Assembly (NCBI GenBank): GCA_964474855.1
Contig: CAYYUB010000001.1
Location: forward strand, 1 to 45,121
Length of the DNA stretch: 45,121 nt
Direction of reading: 5' to 3'
Origin: an uncultured bacterium
GTDB taxonomy: Bacteria; Hydrothermota; UBA3072
Part shown: one piece after another, positions 36,008-44,770 of the stretch
Position numbering within the stretch: position 1 is the stretch's first letter
Layout: each line of letters begins with the position of its first letter
Position numbers and translations under genes: made by a program
Notes under the pieces: generated by a model
The model's database searches: none
What the model was told of the DNA's origin: nothing
Seen by the model: only the letters and a program-made list of their open reading frames with translations

Positions 36008-37612
36008 ATGAGTAGGTTTGTTGTATTGTTTACGGTTTTATCATTTTTGTTTTTGATTATTTTGACAAACTGTTCGGTAGAGTATAATGAAACGTATACC
36101 AATCCGGTTATTCCGGGTGGTTTTCCGGATCCGAGTATATGTCGCGTTGGAGACGATTACTATACTGCTCACAGTTCATTTGAATACTTCCCGGGTGTGC
36201 CGATTTTTCACAGTAAAGACCTGGTGCACTGGCGCCAGATCGGATTTTGTCTGGCACGTGAAAGTCAATTACCTCTTAAGAATATGAGATATTCCGGAGG
36301 TATCTATGCTCCTACTCTTCGCTACCACGATGGATTATTCTATATGATAACTACAAATGTGGATGGTGGAGGTAATTTTTATGTTACAGCAAAAGATCCT
36401 GCAGGGCCCTGGTCTGAGCCTGTCTGGATCGACATACATGGTATGGATCCTTCTCTGTTTTTTGATGATGATGGCAAGGTTTATTACACAAGACACGAGG
36501 GTGGAGGTGACGGCTATATTGCCCAGAGATTATTAAATCTTAAGGAAGGGAAACTCGAAGGAGATTTAAAGAAAGTATGGGGCGGTACCGGCGGAATATG
36601 GGCAGAAGGTCCGCATCTATATAAAATAAATGGCAAGTACTATTTGATGATTTCAGAGGGTGGTACAAGCTACGGTCATATGATAACAATAGCTCGTAGC
36701 GATTCTCCTTGGGGACCTTTTGAATCTAATCCCGATAATCCGATTCTGACGCACAAAGACCAAGAAGGGCATCAGTTTAGAGCTCTCGGACACGGAGATT
36801 TGGTCGAGACTCCCGATGGATGGTGGATTGTTTTTCTAGGAATTCGTCCCAAAGGCGGCAATTATAACCATCTTGGTAGAGAGATGTTTTTGGCTCCCCT
36901 AGAGTGGGATGAAGATGGTTGGCCTGTTGTTAATGGGGGGAATCCTATAGAAAAAATTATGCAGGCACCAAGAATACCTAAATATGAATTCAAGGAAGAT
37001 CCCGAGAGGGATGATTTTGATAATTCGAATATTGCTCTTTGCTGGAATTATTTAAGAAATCCTTACAAGGAGAACTATTCTTTGATGCGGCGTCCGGGTT
37101 TCTTGCGTCTTAACGGTTCGGCAATAACTATGGAAGATCAAGATTCGCCTGCTTTTCTGGGACGCCGTCAAACAGCAATGGAATGTAGAGTGGCAACTAA
37201 ACTTGATTTCTATCCGCAAAACGATAATGAAGAAGCGGGGCTTGTTATCAGAGGAAATGAGGTAAACCGCGCGGAAATAGGAATCACTATTAAAGATGGT
37301 AAACGGCATGTATTCTTTATGAATATGGTTAAAGGTGAATTAGTTGAGCCTATTCGCTATGAAGAGATCGAAGATGGAGAAGTCATTCTGTCAGTGGAAG
37401 CAAAGCCCCTGTCATATGAACTCTTCTATCAAATTAATGATGAACCCGCAAAGAGTATGGGTAAGGTATTGACTAAGTACCTGACTTTTGAGGAAGTAGT
37501 CGGATATTTATTTACCGGAGTCTACTTCGGTATGTACGCGACGGGTAACGGAAAAGTAAGCACTACCCCGGCTGATTTTGATTGGTTTGAATTTATAGTG
37601 CATAAGAAATAA
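36008..37612 (+). CDS. GH43 beta-xylosidase/alpha-L-arabinofuranosidase with C-terminal beta-sandwich, exported (LTNC lipobox-like)
   Basis: YTNPVIPGGFPDPSICRVGDDYYTAHSSFEYFPGVPIFHSKDLVHW, AEGPHLYKINGKYYL, C-terminal concanavalin-like region (EEAGLVIRGNE). AGGAGG SD. Confidence 0.88.
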   Translation: MSRFVVLFTVLSFLFLIILTNCSVEYNETYTNPVIPGGFPDPSICRVGDDYYTAHSSFEYFPGVPIFHSKDLVHWRQIGFCLARESQLPLKNMRYSGGIYAPTLRYHDGLFYMITTNVDGGGNFYVTAKDPAGPWSEPVWIDIHGMDPSLFFDDDGKVYYTRHEGGGDGYIAQRLLNLKEGKLEGDLKKVWGGTGGIWAEGPHLYKINGKYYLMISEGGTSYGHMITIARSDSPWGPFESNPDNPILTHKDQEGHQFRALGHGDLVETPDGWWIVFLGIRPKGGNYNHLGREMFLAPLEWDEDGWPVVNGGNPIEKIMQAPRIPKYEFKEDPERDDFDNSNIALCWNYLRNPYKENYSLMRRPGFLRLNGSAITMEDQDSPAFLGRRQTAMECRVATKLDFYPQNDNEEAGLVIRGNEVNRAEIGITIKDGKRHVFFMNMVKGELVEPIRYEEIEDGEVILSVEAKPLSYELFYQINDEPAKSMGKVLTKYLTFEEVVGYLFTGVYFGMYATGNGKVSTTPADFDWFEFIVHKK

Positions 37613-37633
37613 GCTCTTTAAGGAGAAAGTAAA

Positions 37634-38719
37634 ATGGAGAAATATAAAAGTATACAGAATCAACCTGCACTAAAGGATATATTTAAGGATGACTTTTATA
37701 TTGGTGCCGCAATCAGTCTGGATCAAATTGAAGGCAAGGATCCGGGTGGAATCACCCTTGTAGAAAAACACTTTAACAGCATTGTAGCGGAGAATATTCT
37801 AAAATGGGAAGAAATACATCCGGAATTAAACAGATATAATTTCGAACCGGCTGATAAATACGCGGCATTTGGAAAGAAGAACAATATGTTCGTAGTCGGA
37901 CACACTCTCGTCTGGTTTTATCAGACGCCTGATTGGGTGTTTGAGGATGAATCCGGCAATCCATTAGATAGAGAAGCTCTTCTTAAACGAATGAAGGAGC
38001 ACATCTTTACCGTAATGGGTCGTTATAAAGGCAAAGTCCACGGTTGGGATGTCGTGAACGAAGCAATAGTCGAAGATGGATCTTTTAGAAAATGTAAATG
38101 GTATGACATTATAGGCGAAGATTACGTACAAAAAGCGTTCGAATACGCGCGTGAGGCTAACCCTGATGCGGAGCTTTATTACAACGATTATGATTATTAC
38201 AAGAAGCCTAAATGTGAGGGTATTATTAGGCTGATAAGAGATTTGCAGTCTCGAGGTATTCGTGTGGATGGGGTAGGCATACAGGGGCACTGGTTTCTGG
38301 AACATCCTGATATAAATGAAATTGAGGATTACGTTTTAGCTCTCGGAAAGTTAGGTGTAAAAATTATGGTTACGGAATTGGATGTTGGAGTACTTCCTTT
38401 TTATCCCTGTGATACTCCGGTAAGAGACCTATCATCTTTTGATACTGAAACACAGAAAAAGTATAATCCTTACACTGAAGGTATTCCGGATTCCGTTCTT
38501 AAGGAACAGGCGGACCGGTACGCCGAATTGTTTTCGTTATTCCGAAGACATAGGGAAAAATTCGACCGGATAACATTCTGGGCTGTTCACGACAAGCAAT
38601 CCTGGCGTAGTTATTTGCCAATAAAGGGTAGGACCGAATATCCGATGTTGTTTGATCGCGAGTGTAATCCAAAGCCGGCTTTTGATGCCGTTGTAAAAAC
38701 AGTTCAAAGTAGAGAGTAA
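37634..38719 (+). CDS. GH10 xylanase without signal peptide (cytoplasmic xylo-oligosaccharide-cleaving type)
   Basis: AENILKWEEIHPELNRYNF, GHTLVWFYQTPDW, WDVVNEAIV, IMVTELDVGV. Begins MEKYKSIQNQP with no hydrophobic leader. AAGGAGA SD. Confidence 0.88.
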   Translation: MEKYKSIQNQPALKDIFKDDFYIGAAISLDQIEGKDPGGITLVEKHFNSIVAENILKWEEIHPELNRYNFEPADKYAAFGKKNNMFVVGHTLVWFYQTPDWVFEDESGNPLDREALLKRMKEHIFTVMGRYKGKVHGWDVVNEAIVEDGSFRKCKWYDIIGEDYVQKAFEYAREANPDAELYYNDYDYYKKPKCEGIIRLIRDLQSRGIRVDGVGIQGHWFLEHPDINEIEDYVLALGKLGVKIMVTELDVGVLPFYPCDTPVRDLSSFDTETQKKYNPYTEGIPDSVLKEQADRYAELFSLFRRHREKFDRITFWAVHDKQSWRSYLPIKGRTEYPMLFDRECNPKPAFDAVVKTVQSRE

Positions 38720-38790
38720 GGGTAAGATGCTAAACAGTATGTTGGACTTGACATTAGACTCTTATAGGATATTATTCTGCAAAAACCTAA

Positions 38791-38933
38791 TTAACCACAG
38801 AGGACACAAAGAAATAATTATGTTAAAAAAAAATACTAAGGACACAGAGAAAAGAAGGAAATAAAAACTCTGTGCTCTCTGCGGTAAAATATTTAGGTGT
38901 GGAGTTGTGTGGGCTCTGTGGTTTGATTTTTTT
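38791..38933 (+). repeat. CACAGAG-core repeat copy 2 with inverted partner copies, forming nested hairpins followed by T7 (REP-like element or candidate intrinsic terminator)
   Basis: AACCACAGAG(38793-38802)/CTCTGTGGTT(38914-38923) plus CACAA/TTGTG form the outer stem. CACAGAG(38843-38849)/CTCTGTG(38868-38874) form the inner stem. TTTTTTT at 38927-38933. Confidence 0.55.
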
Positions 38934-38979
38934 ACAAAAAGAACAAAAAGTTGATCGGTGAAACTATAAGGAGATTAAA

Positions 38980-40194
38980 ATGACAAATGAAAAAGATCTT
39001 GAAATCGTAGCTGCAGGTCATACCTGCCTTGATTTAATACCGGCTTTTACAATCGAGGGAACAGTTGACAAGATGACTGATGTTCTTGTGCCCGGTAAAA
39101 TGATAAATATGGGGAAATGTGTTGTTGTGGGAGGAGGTCCTGTCACCAATGCTGGAGTGTCAATACGACGTCTTGGCGTGAAAACAGAACTTATCGGAAA
39201 AATTGGTGATGATGATTTCGGCAAACAGATTCTTAGTTGGTATGAAGAAAAAGAAGGTCATTTTGAAGGTATAAGAGTGGCTAAAGGTGAATCAACATCA
39301 TATACCATCGCGATTTGTATTCCTGGAATAGACCGTTTTTATCTGCATCATTGCGGAGCGAATGATACTTTTGGTTATGATGATATGGATTTTGATATTG
39401 TTAAAAGATCAAAACTTATGCTTTTCGGTTATCCGCCATGGATGAAAAAACTTTATGCAAATAAAGGCGCGGAGTTGACAAAAATACTTGAAAAGACAAG
39501 GGAATTAAATACAACGATCGCTCTCGATCTTTCTCTTCCTGACGTAGATGGCTACGGTGATAGTATCGACTGGTTTGCTATTGTTGAAAATTGGATTCCT
39601 CTATCGGATATTATGGTACCGAGTGCGGAAGAAATTTTCTATTTCCTGTACAAAGATAAATTTCTTGAGAAGAGAGCTAATCTAGGTCCTAAGGAAACCG
39701 TACTCGATAATATGAGTGTCGAAGAAATTTCCAGGATAGGTAAAGATTTAATAAAGATGGGTACAGCAATAGCTATGGTCAAGTGCGGAAATAGAGGATT
39801 GTATATCCGGACTGCCGGTGCTGAACGACTTGCGAAATTAGGAACTGCGGGATGTTCCGACCTCGATAACTGGGCTAACCGTGAACTCTGGTTCCCGGTA
39901 TACGAAGAAGAGAAATTTGTAGGAGCTCTTGGTTCCGGTGATTCGGCAATTGCCGGATTTCTTTCCGCTTTTGTATGGAATCATTCCGTAGAGTCCTGTT
40001 TGCGTTATGCCAACGCAGCGGGAAGTATGAACGTTACAGTTCCCGACGGGCTTACCTGGAATAAAGGATTTGATGATTTAACAAGGAGAATCGAAGCCCC
40101 TTGGAAGACGAAAGAGTTGAAAATCAATACGGAAGGTTGGAAATTTGAGAACGGGTTCTGGGTTGGACCCGATAATAAAGGTAAGTGGGAATAA
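38980..40194 (+). CDS. PfkB/ribokinase-superfamily carbohydrate kinase, atypically long (404 aa), substrate unknown
   Basis: N-terminal IVAAGHTCLDLIP and C-terminal anion-hole-like ALGSGDSAIAGFLSA. Extra C-terminal ~50 aa. No signal peptide. AAGGAGA SD. Confidence 0.7.
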   Translation: MTNEKDLEIVAAGHTCLDLIPAFTIEGTVDKMTDVLVPGKMINMGKCVVVGGGPVTNAGVSIRRLGVKTELIGKIGDDDFGKQILSWYEEKEGHFEGIRVAKGESTSYTIAICIPGIDRFYLHHCGANDTFGYDDMDFDIVKRSKLMLFGYPPWMKKLYANKGAELTKILEKTRELNTTIALDLSLPDVDGYGDSIDWFAIVENWIPLSDIMVPSAEEIFYFLYKDKFLEKRANLGPKETVLDNMSVEEISRIGKDLIKMGTAIAMVKCGNRGLYIRTAGAERLAKLGTAGCSDLDNWANRELWFPVYEEEKFVGALGSGDSAIAGFLSAFVWNHSVESCLRYANAAGSMNVTVPDGLTWNKGFDDLTRRIEAPWKTKELKINTEGWKFENGFWVGPDNKGKWE

Positions 40195-40223
40195 TAAAAA
40201 AAGAGGAGATAAAGGAGATAAAA

Positions 40224-42047
40224 ATGTCGAAAGAAAGAGATAAATTTGTAAGTAAGCAACTTTCAAAAATGACTTTAGAGGAAAAAGTAGGACAGGTTCT
40301 GACATTTACCTGGCGCGGTACGATGTTTACTCCGAGCGGTATCGAACAGGTTACTAGGTTGCACTGTGGGGGGCTATGTCTGGAACCTTATGCGATAGAA
40401 ACGTGTAAGAACCTTTACTGGGGTAATTCCCAGGTTGATAAGACTTTTAAAAAACCGAAAGATTATTTCAATATAGCCAGCACTTATTTCGCGGGTTCTG
40501 ATTTTGGTATCAGCATAACGCCGGAAGAATACGCAAAAAGACTGAAAAGATGGCAGAAAATCGCGATGAATCGACCTTCGGGTGTTCCGTTACATATAAC
40601 CATCGATTTTGAAGGTGACTTCAAGAATGATTATATGGCGGGAGGAATAAGGCAGTTCCCGGGTCCTATGGGAATGGCTGCTATAGGTGATAAAAAAATA
40701 ACTTATAAGATTGGCGAAACTATCGGTAAAATGTTATCTGCTATGGGTGTTACCCAGATGTATTCTCCTGTTTGTGACGTGAACACAAATCCTAAGAATC
40801 CTGAAATAGGAGTAAGATCATTCAGTGACGATCCAGAGGTATGCGCGGAACAGGCTGTCGCTTTAATCAAGGGTTTACAGGATAACGGTATAGCAACAAC
40901 TGCTAAACATTTTCCGGGAAGAGGTAGCTCAGATACTGATGCTCATGATGTTCTGGAAGTATTGAATTTAAGCAAGAAGAGAATGCATGAAGTCGACCTG
41001 GTTCCTTTTAAAGCCGCTATCGACGCGGGAGTACAAGCCATTATGACCGGTCATTCGGTTTATCCCGCCTATGATAAAAAATATCCGACGACTTTATCTG
41101 AAAATATTCTTACAGGGTTGTTGAGAGAAGAATTGGGATTTAACGGAGTTATCGTTTCCGATGCTATCGGTATGGCTGCGATACTTAAGAAGTGGCCTCT
41201 GCCTCTTGCTTGCGTAATGGCATTAAATGCCGGAGTCGATACGATTCTTTTGAAAGCTGATGACGAATCCAGGTCTCAGACTTTCTTCGGAATCAAACGA
41301 GCTGTCCAGAAAGGTGAGTTGTCAGAAGAAAGACTCGATGAAGCTGTTACTCATCTCCTGCAAATGAAGTATGACCAAGGCATATTTGAATCAGCTCCAA
41401 AAATAGACCCGAAAAAAACTTACAAAATCACGACAGATAAAAAAGTTATAGATTTTTCCTGGGATGTAGCGAAAAAAGCCCAGATAATAATGAGAGATGA
41501 TAAAAAACTGCTGCCCTTAAACAAAAAACAAAAGATTCTTGTAATCGAGCAGCGTATTCCTTATGAATTCTGCGGGAAAGATCCTTATATGCATATGCAT
41601 ATGTTCTGCGAAAGAATGGTGGATAATTCCGAGAATTTGATTATTATGGATACAGAGTTCTCCGCATTTGAAGAAGAGATCAAAGAATGTATGGAACTTG
41701 CAAAGCAGGTGGACATTGTTGTTATGACCAACTATTTCGCGCGAATAGTTAAGTCCGGTAACAATCAACTGCTCGTCAAGAAACTGAAAAAAGCAGGACA
41801 CAAGGTTGTTGTTGTCACCAACAATCCGTATGTTGAAGGGACAACCGCCGAAGCCGATGCGGTTGTTTGTCATTTTAGCGCGACGCCTGATTCTATAAGG
41901 TCTTCTGTTGATTTGCTTTTTGGCAAATTTAAACCTCGTGCGGCGACTAAAGTTCCAGTTAAACTTGGAAAGCAGAAATCTACTCCTGAGAAAAAACTGA
42001 AAGCCAAGAAGAAATCAAAAAATCCTTTGGATTTATCATACTGTTAA
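40224..42047 (+). CDS. Cytoplasmic GH3 (NagZ/BglX-like N-terminal domain plus alpha/beta sandwich) with lysine-rich tail
   Basis: Track ORF 40185 overlaps the kinase stop. The ATG at 40224 (MSKERDKF) follows AAGGAGA. KHFPGRGSSDTDAH, GFNGVIVSDAIGM (nucleophile Asp context). Tail KQKSTPEKKLKAKKKSKNP. Confidence 0.8.
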   Translation: MSKERDKFVSKQLSKMTLEEKVGQVLTFTWRGTMFTPSGIEQVTRLHCGGLCLEPYAIETCKNLYWGNSQVDKTFKKPKDYFNIASTYFAGSDFGISITPEEYAKRLKRWQKIAMNRPSGVPLHITIDFEGDFKNDYMAGGIRQFPGPMGMAAIGDKKITYKIGETIGKMLSAMGVTQMYSPVCDVNTNPKNPEIGVRSFSDDPEVCAEQAVALIKGLQDNGIATTAKHFPGRGSSDTDAHDVLEVLNLSKKRMHEVDLVPFKAAIDAGVQAIMTGHSVYPAYDKKYPTTLSENILTGLLREELGFNGVIVSDAIGMAAILKKWPLPLACVMALNAGVDTILLKADDESRSQTFFGIKRAVQKGELSEERLDEAVTHLLQMKYDQGIFESAPKIDPKKTYKITTDKKVIDFSWDVAKKAQIIMRDDKKLLPLNKKQKILVIEQRIPYEFCGKDPYMHMHMFCERMVDNSENLIIMDTEFSAFEEEIKECMELAKQVDIVVMTNYFARIVKSGNNQLLVKKLKKAGHKVVVVTNNPYVEGTTAEADAVVCHFSATPDSIRSSVDLLFGKFKPRAATKVPVKLGKQKSTPEKKLKAKKKSKNPLDLSYC

Positions 42048-42059
42048 GGGGGCTATTAT

Positions 42060-44633
42060 ATGCCAAAATCTTCTAGTATAAAGATAAGCGACGTTTTTAC
42101 GATTAAAGGAGCACAGATATCGAAGATTTATGATGAAAATTGCATGTCGGTTCATTTTCAGGGAATGTCAAAGACTCTCCTTTTTCCTCACACTATAGCT
42201 CTTCAGGGTGCTCCTACTTGTTCTATAGGTTTATCTCCCGATGGTTTATACAACAGGCTTAATAATGCGGGTAGATTGATTCTTATGAATCAAAACGCGA
42301 TTCAATTTGCTTCTGCTCCGTTTATCCGTATTGAGGGAGAAGAAGATGAGGTGGAAGAAGAAATTTTAGAACAAGAAGGAACTTTTATGCTCACTAGAAG
42401 GGATCCTGAGAAGGTGGAAGGTATCGATGATGTACCGGCTTTGAAGAATTATTATCATAAACCGATTCCCGAAAAGGACATTACGATTTCTATCGCTACG
42501 CCTTCTCTGGAGATGGTGTATAAACTCGGTGAAGTTAGTGTTAAGAGACGTCTGATCTCTCCTTTATTTGCTAAGAGAGACCAGGCTTTAATGCCTCTTG
42601 GTGTCGAGGAATATGAGGTTATTAACTCGAGTGATGAGGAAAAGGAGATTACTCTCGTTGTACCGAGACCTTCCCTTGTTAATCTTCAAGAAAAAGAATT
42701 GAAACCGACGGATCAGGATACTGTGTATGTTTGTTCGGCGCCTGTAAAGGGTCATGTGCATAAAGAATTTAGTTCGGGCGGTGTTAAAGGTGTTGTGATG
42801 GCGAGTAAGGAATGTAAAGACAGAATGGTTATAGCTACTACCAAGACGAAAGGTGTAAGTGTCGATACAAATCCTTATTTTTGTCTTAATTTCCTCAAAC
42901 AGGATTTATTGCTTAATGACGACGGCAGTTTTTACAAGAAGAGAGATCCTCTTGTAAATCAGGATTATGGCGCTGCAATAAGTTTGACATTTACATTAAA
43001 ACCTAAAGCAACAATGACAGTGCCTGTTGCTATCGCTCTTGACTTTCCCAAACAACGATATATGGACGGGAAAGAATTTGACCGTAAATACTTAAAGAGT
43101 TTCAAGAATGAAAAAAGTAGAGCCAAGGACCTGGCTAAGGTTGCGCTTGATAATTATAAAAAATGGTTTGACCGAACAATGACTATTCAGAACAGGATAT
43201 ATAATATGATAAAGAATAGTCCGTCTTATAAAGATGATAAAGCCGGGGCTCTCCGACTTACCAGATTGATTTGCAATGAATTTAGTTTCCCTTTGTCGAA
43301 TGGCGCAGTCTGGGTCCAGGACAAGGATGGTACCCAGAGAGCCAGATTCCTTGAGTGTTTTGATTATGCCTATATAGATCCTTCGGATGTGGACTGGTAT
43401 TCCATGGCGCTTTTGATCTTTTTCCCGGATATAGAAAAAGAGCTCTGTCAGAGTTTTATTAACTCGATCAATAGAGAAAATAAGGGAAAGAAGTATTATC
43501 ATTTGCATGCGTCTTTTGTTGAGGCCCAGCAGCATTTCGAGGATTACCCGGAAGAATACGAAGATCAATCACTGACCCAAATATATGATCAAATTAAAGT
43601 TAAAGGCGCTGTTTCGCATGATGTTGGGGCCCTGCCCAAAGGGCATCCACTCCGTAATGTAAGTGAATACGCGTGGTATAATGATAACTACTGGGTTGAT
43701 CTTTTCCCGAAGCTCGCGACTAGAGTGCTTAGAAACGTTAAATTTACAGGCGATACGGATTTCTTGAAAAAAAATTGGAAGACGATGAAATATGGATTTA
43801 AGCACCTCCGAACGCATGATCACGATGGGGATGGCATACCCGAGGGTAATCCAGGTGAAGTAAAAAACACCTTTGATAATCTGACTCTCTTTGGCGTTGA
43901 TGCCTATGATGCCACTATTTTTATGGCGGGTTGTAGAGCCATGATGATAATGGCGGACATAATGAAAGACAAAGCCGCAAAGAAAGAATATGAAAAGGCA
44001 TTTAAGAAAGCTGCGGCAGAATTTGAGAAATTATGGAGAGAAAAGAAAAACAGCAAGGGTAAGAAATTGGAATATTATCTTACCTGTTATGATCAGGATA
44101 CGGGCGAAGAAAACACCGATACCTGGCTTAATCAATTGGATGCTATATGGGCATTAATCGCGATAGGAGAAGAGCCTTTCATACCACCCGATCGAGCCCG
44201 AAAAATCCTTAAGACGATCTATAAAAATAACAGAACCTTTATGGGTTGGGCTATGTGCCGAACGGAAGATGGGGGAAAGGTAGAGTCCGAGCAGGGTCAG
44301 GACGTTTATACAACTTCCAATTATGTTTTTGCCGAACTTCTTGACTATTACGGCCTTGTTAAGGAAAGTAAAGAAGTATATAAGGCAATGGATAAGGTTA
44401 TCTTCGGTTATGCTAATTCATTGATATCTCCGGATAACTTAAGAGCCGAATTGGAAATCGAAGCGGGCGAAACAAAACCAACTCCCCACTACATCGTAGC
44501 AGCGTATCCGAGGCCGGGTGCAGTAGTAACTCAGATCGTGATGCAGTACATCAAGGATCTTCAGAAAAAGAAGAAGAAAGCAAAATTAAGCTCTAAGGAT
44601 TTGCAAGGCTTTATAAAAGACTTGATGAAGTAA
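42060..44633 (+). CDS. Divergent GH116-like (GBA2/DUF608-type) retaining beta-glycosidase, cytoplasmic
   Basis: ARFLECFDYAYIDPSDVDWYSMALLIFFPDIEKEL resembles, from memory, the GH116 nucleophile block (..LEG.EY..YNTYDV.FY.S.AL...P.LE). NTFDNLTLFGVDAYDATIFMAG resembles the acid/base block (DQTYD.W...G.SAY.G.LWLAA). Putative Glu432 and Asp606. No signal peptide. Confidence 0.6.
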   Translation: MPKSSSIKISDVFTIKGAQISKIYDENCMSVHFQGMSKTLLFPHTIALQGAPTCSIGLSPDGLYNRLNNAGRLILMNQNAIQFASAPFIRIEGEEDEVEEEILEQEGTFMLTRRDPEKVEGIDDVPALKNYYHKPIPEKDITISIATPSLEMVYKLGEVSVKRRLISPLFAKRDQALMPLGVEEYEVINSSDEEKEITLVVPRPSLVNLQEKELKPTDQDTVYVCSAPVKGHVHKEFSSGGVKGVVMASKECKDRMVIATTKTKGVSVDTNPYFCLNFLKQDLLLNDDGSFYKKRDPLVNQDYGAAISLTFTLKPKATMTVPVAIALDFPKQRYMDGKEFDRKYLKSFKNEKSRAKDLAKVALDNYKKWFDRTMTIQNRIYNMIKNSPSYKDDKAGALRLTRLICNEFSFPLSNGAVWVQDKDGTQRARFLECFDYAYIDPSDVDWYSMALLIFFPDIEKELCQSFINSINRENKGKKYYHLHASFVEAQQHFEDYPEEYEDQSLTQIYDQIKVKGAVSHDVGALPKGHPLRNVSEYAWYNDNYWVDLFPKLATRVLRNVKFTGDTDFLKKNWKTMKYGFKHLRTHDHDGDGIPEGNPGEVKNTFDNLTLFGVDAYDATIFMAGCRAMMIMADIMKDKAAKKEYEKAFKKAAAEFEKLWREKKNSKGKKLEYYLTCYDQDTGEENTDTWLNQLDAIWALIAIGEEPFIPPDRARKILKTIYKNNRTFMGWAMCRTEDGGKVESEQGQDVYTTSNYVFAELLDYYGLVKESKEVYKAMDKVIFGYANSLISPDNLRAELEIEAGETKPTPHYIVAAYPRPGAVVTQIVMQYIKDLQKKKKKAKLSSKDLQGFIKDLMK

Positions 44634-44663
44634 GCTGTATAGCTTACTTTAGTGAAAATATAT

Positions 44664-44705
44664 GATAGGTTTAAAGCCGTGAGGTTTTAACCCTATCTTT
44701 TATTT
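44664..44705 (+). terminator. Rho-independent terminator of the right-arm operon
   Basis: GATAGGTTTAAAGCC-GTGA-GGTTTTAACCCTATC forms a 15-position stem with one mismatch, one G-T pair and a tetraloop. TTTTATTT follows immediately, 30 nt after the GH116-like stop. Confidence 0.75.
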
Positions 44706-44770
44706 GTAGCCAAGGATAATGTCCTTGCGATGGGTTAAGTCTAAAGCGAGGTCTAACCATTCATCGGGAA

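Noticed and set aside
40185-40223. Upstream ATG giving a 620-aa GH3 that overlaps the kinase stop
   Set aside because: The 13 extra codons (MGIIKKEEIKEIK) are the A-rich SD region itself. The ATG at 40224 has the properly spaced AAGGAGA.
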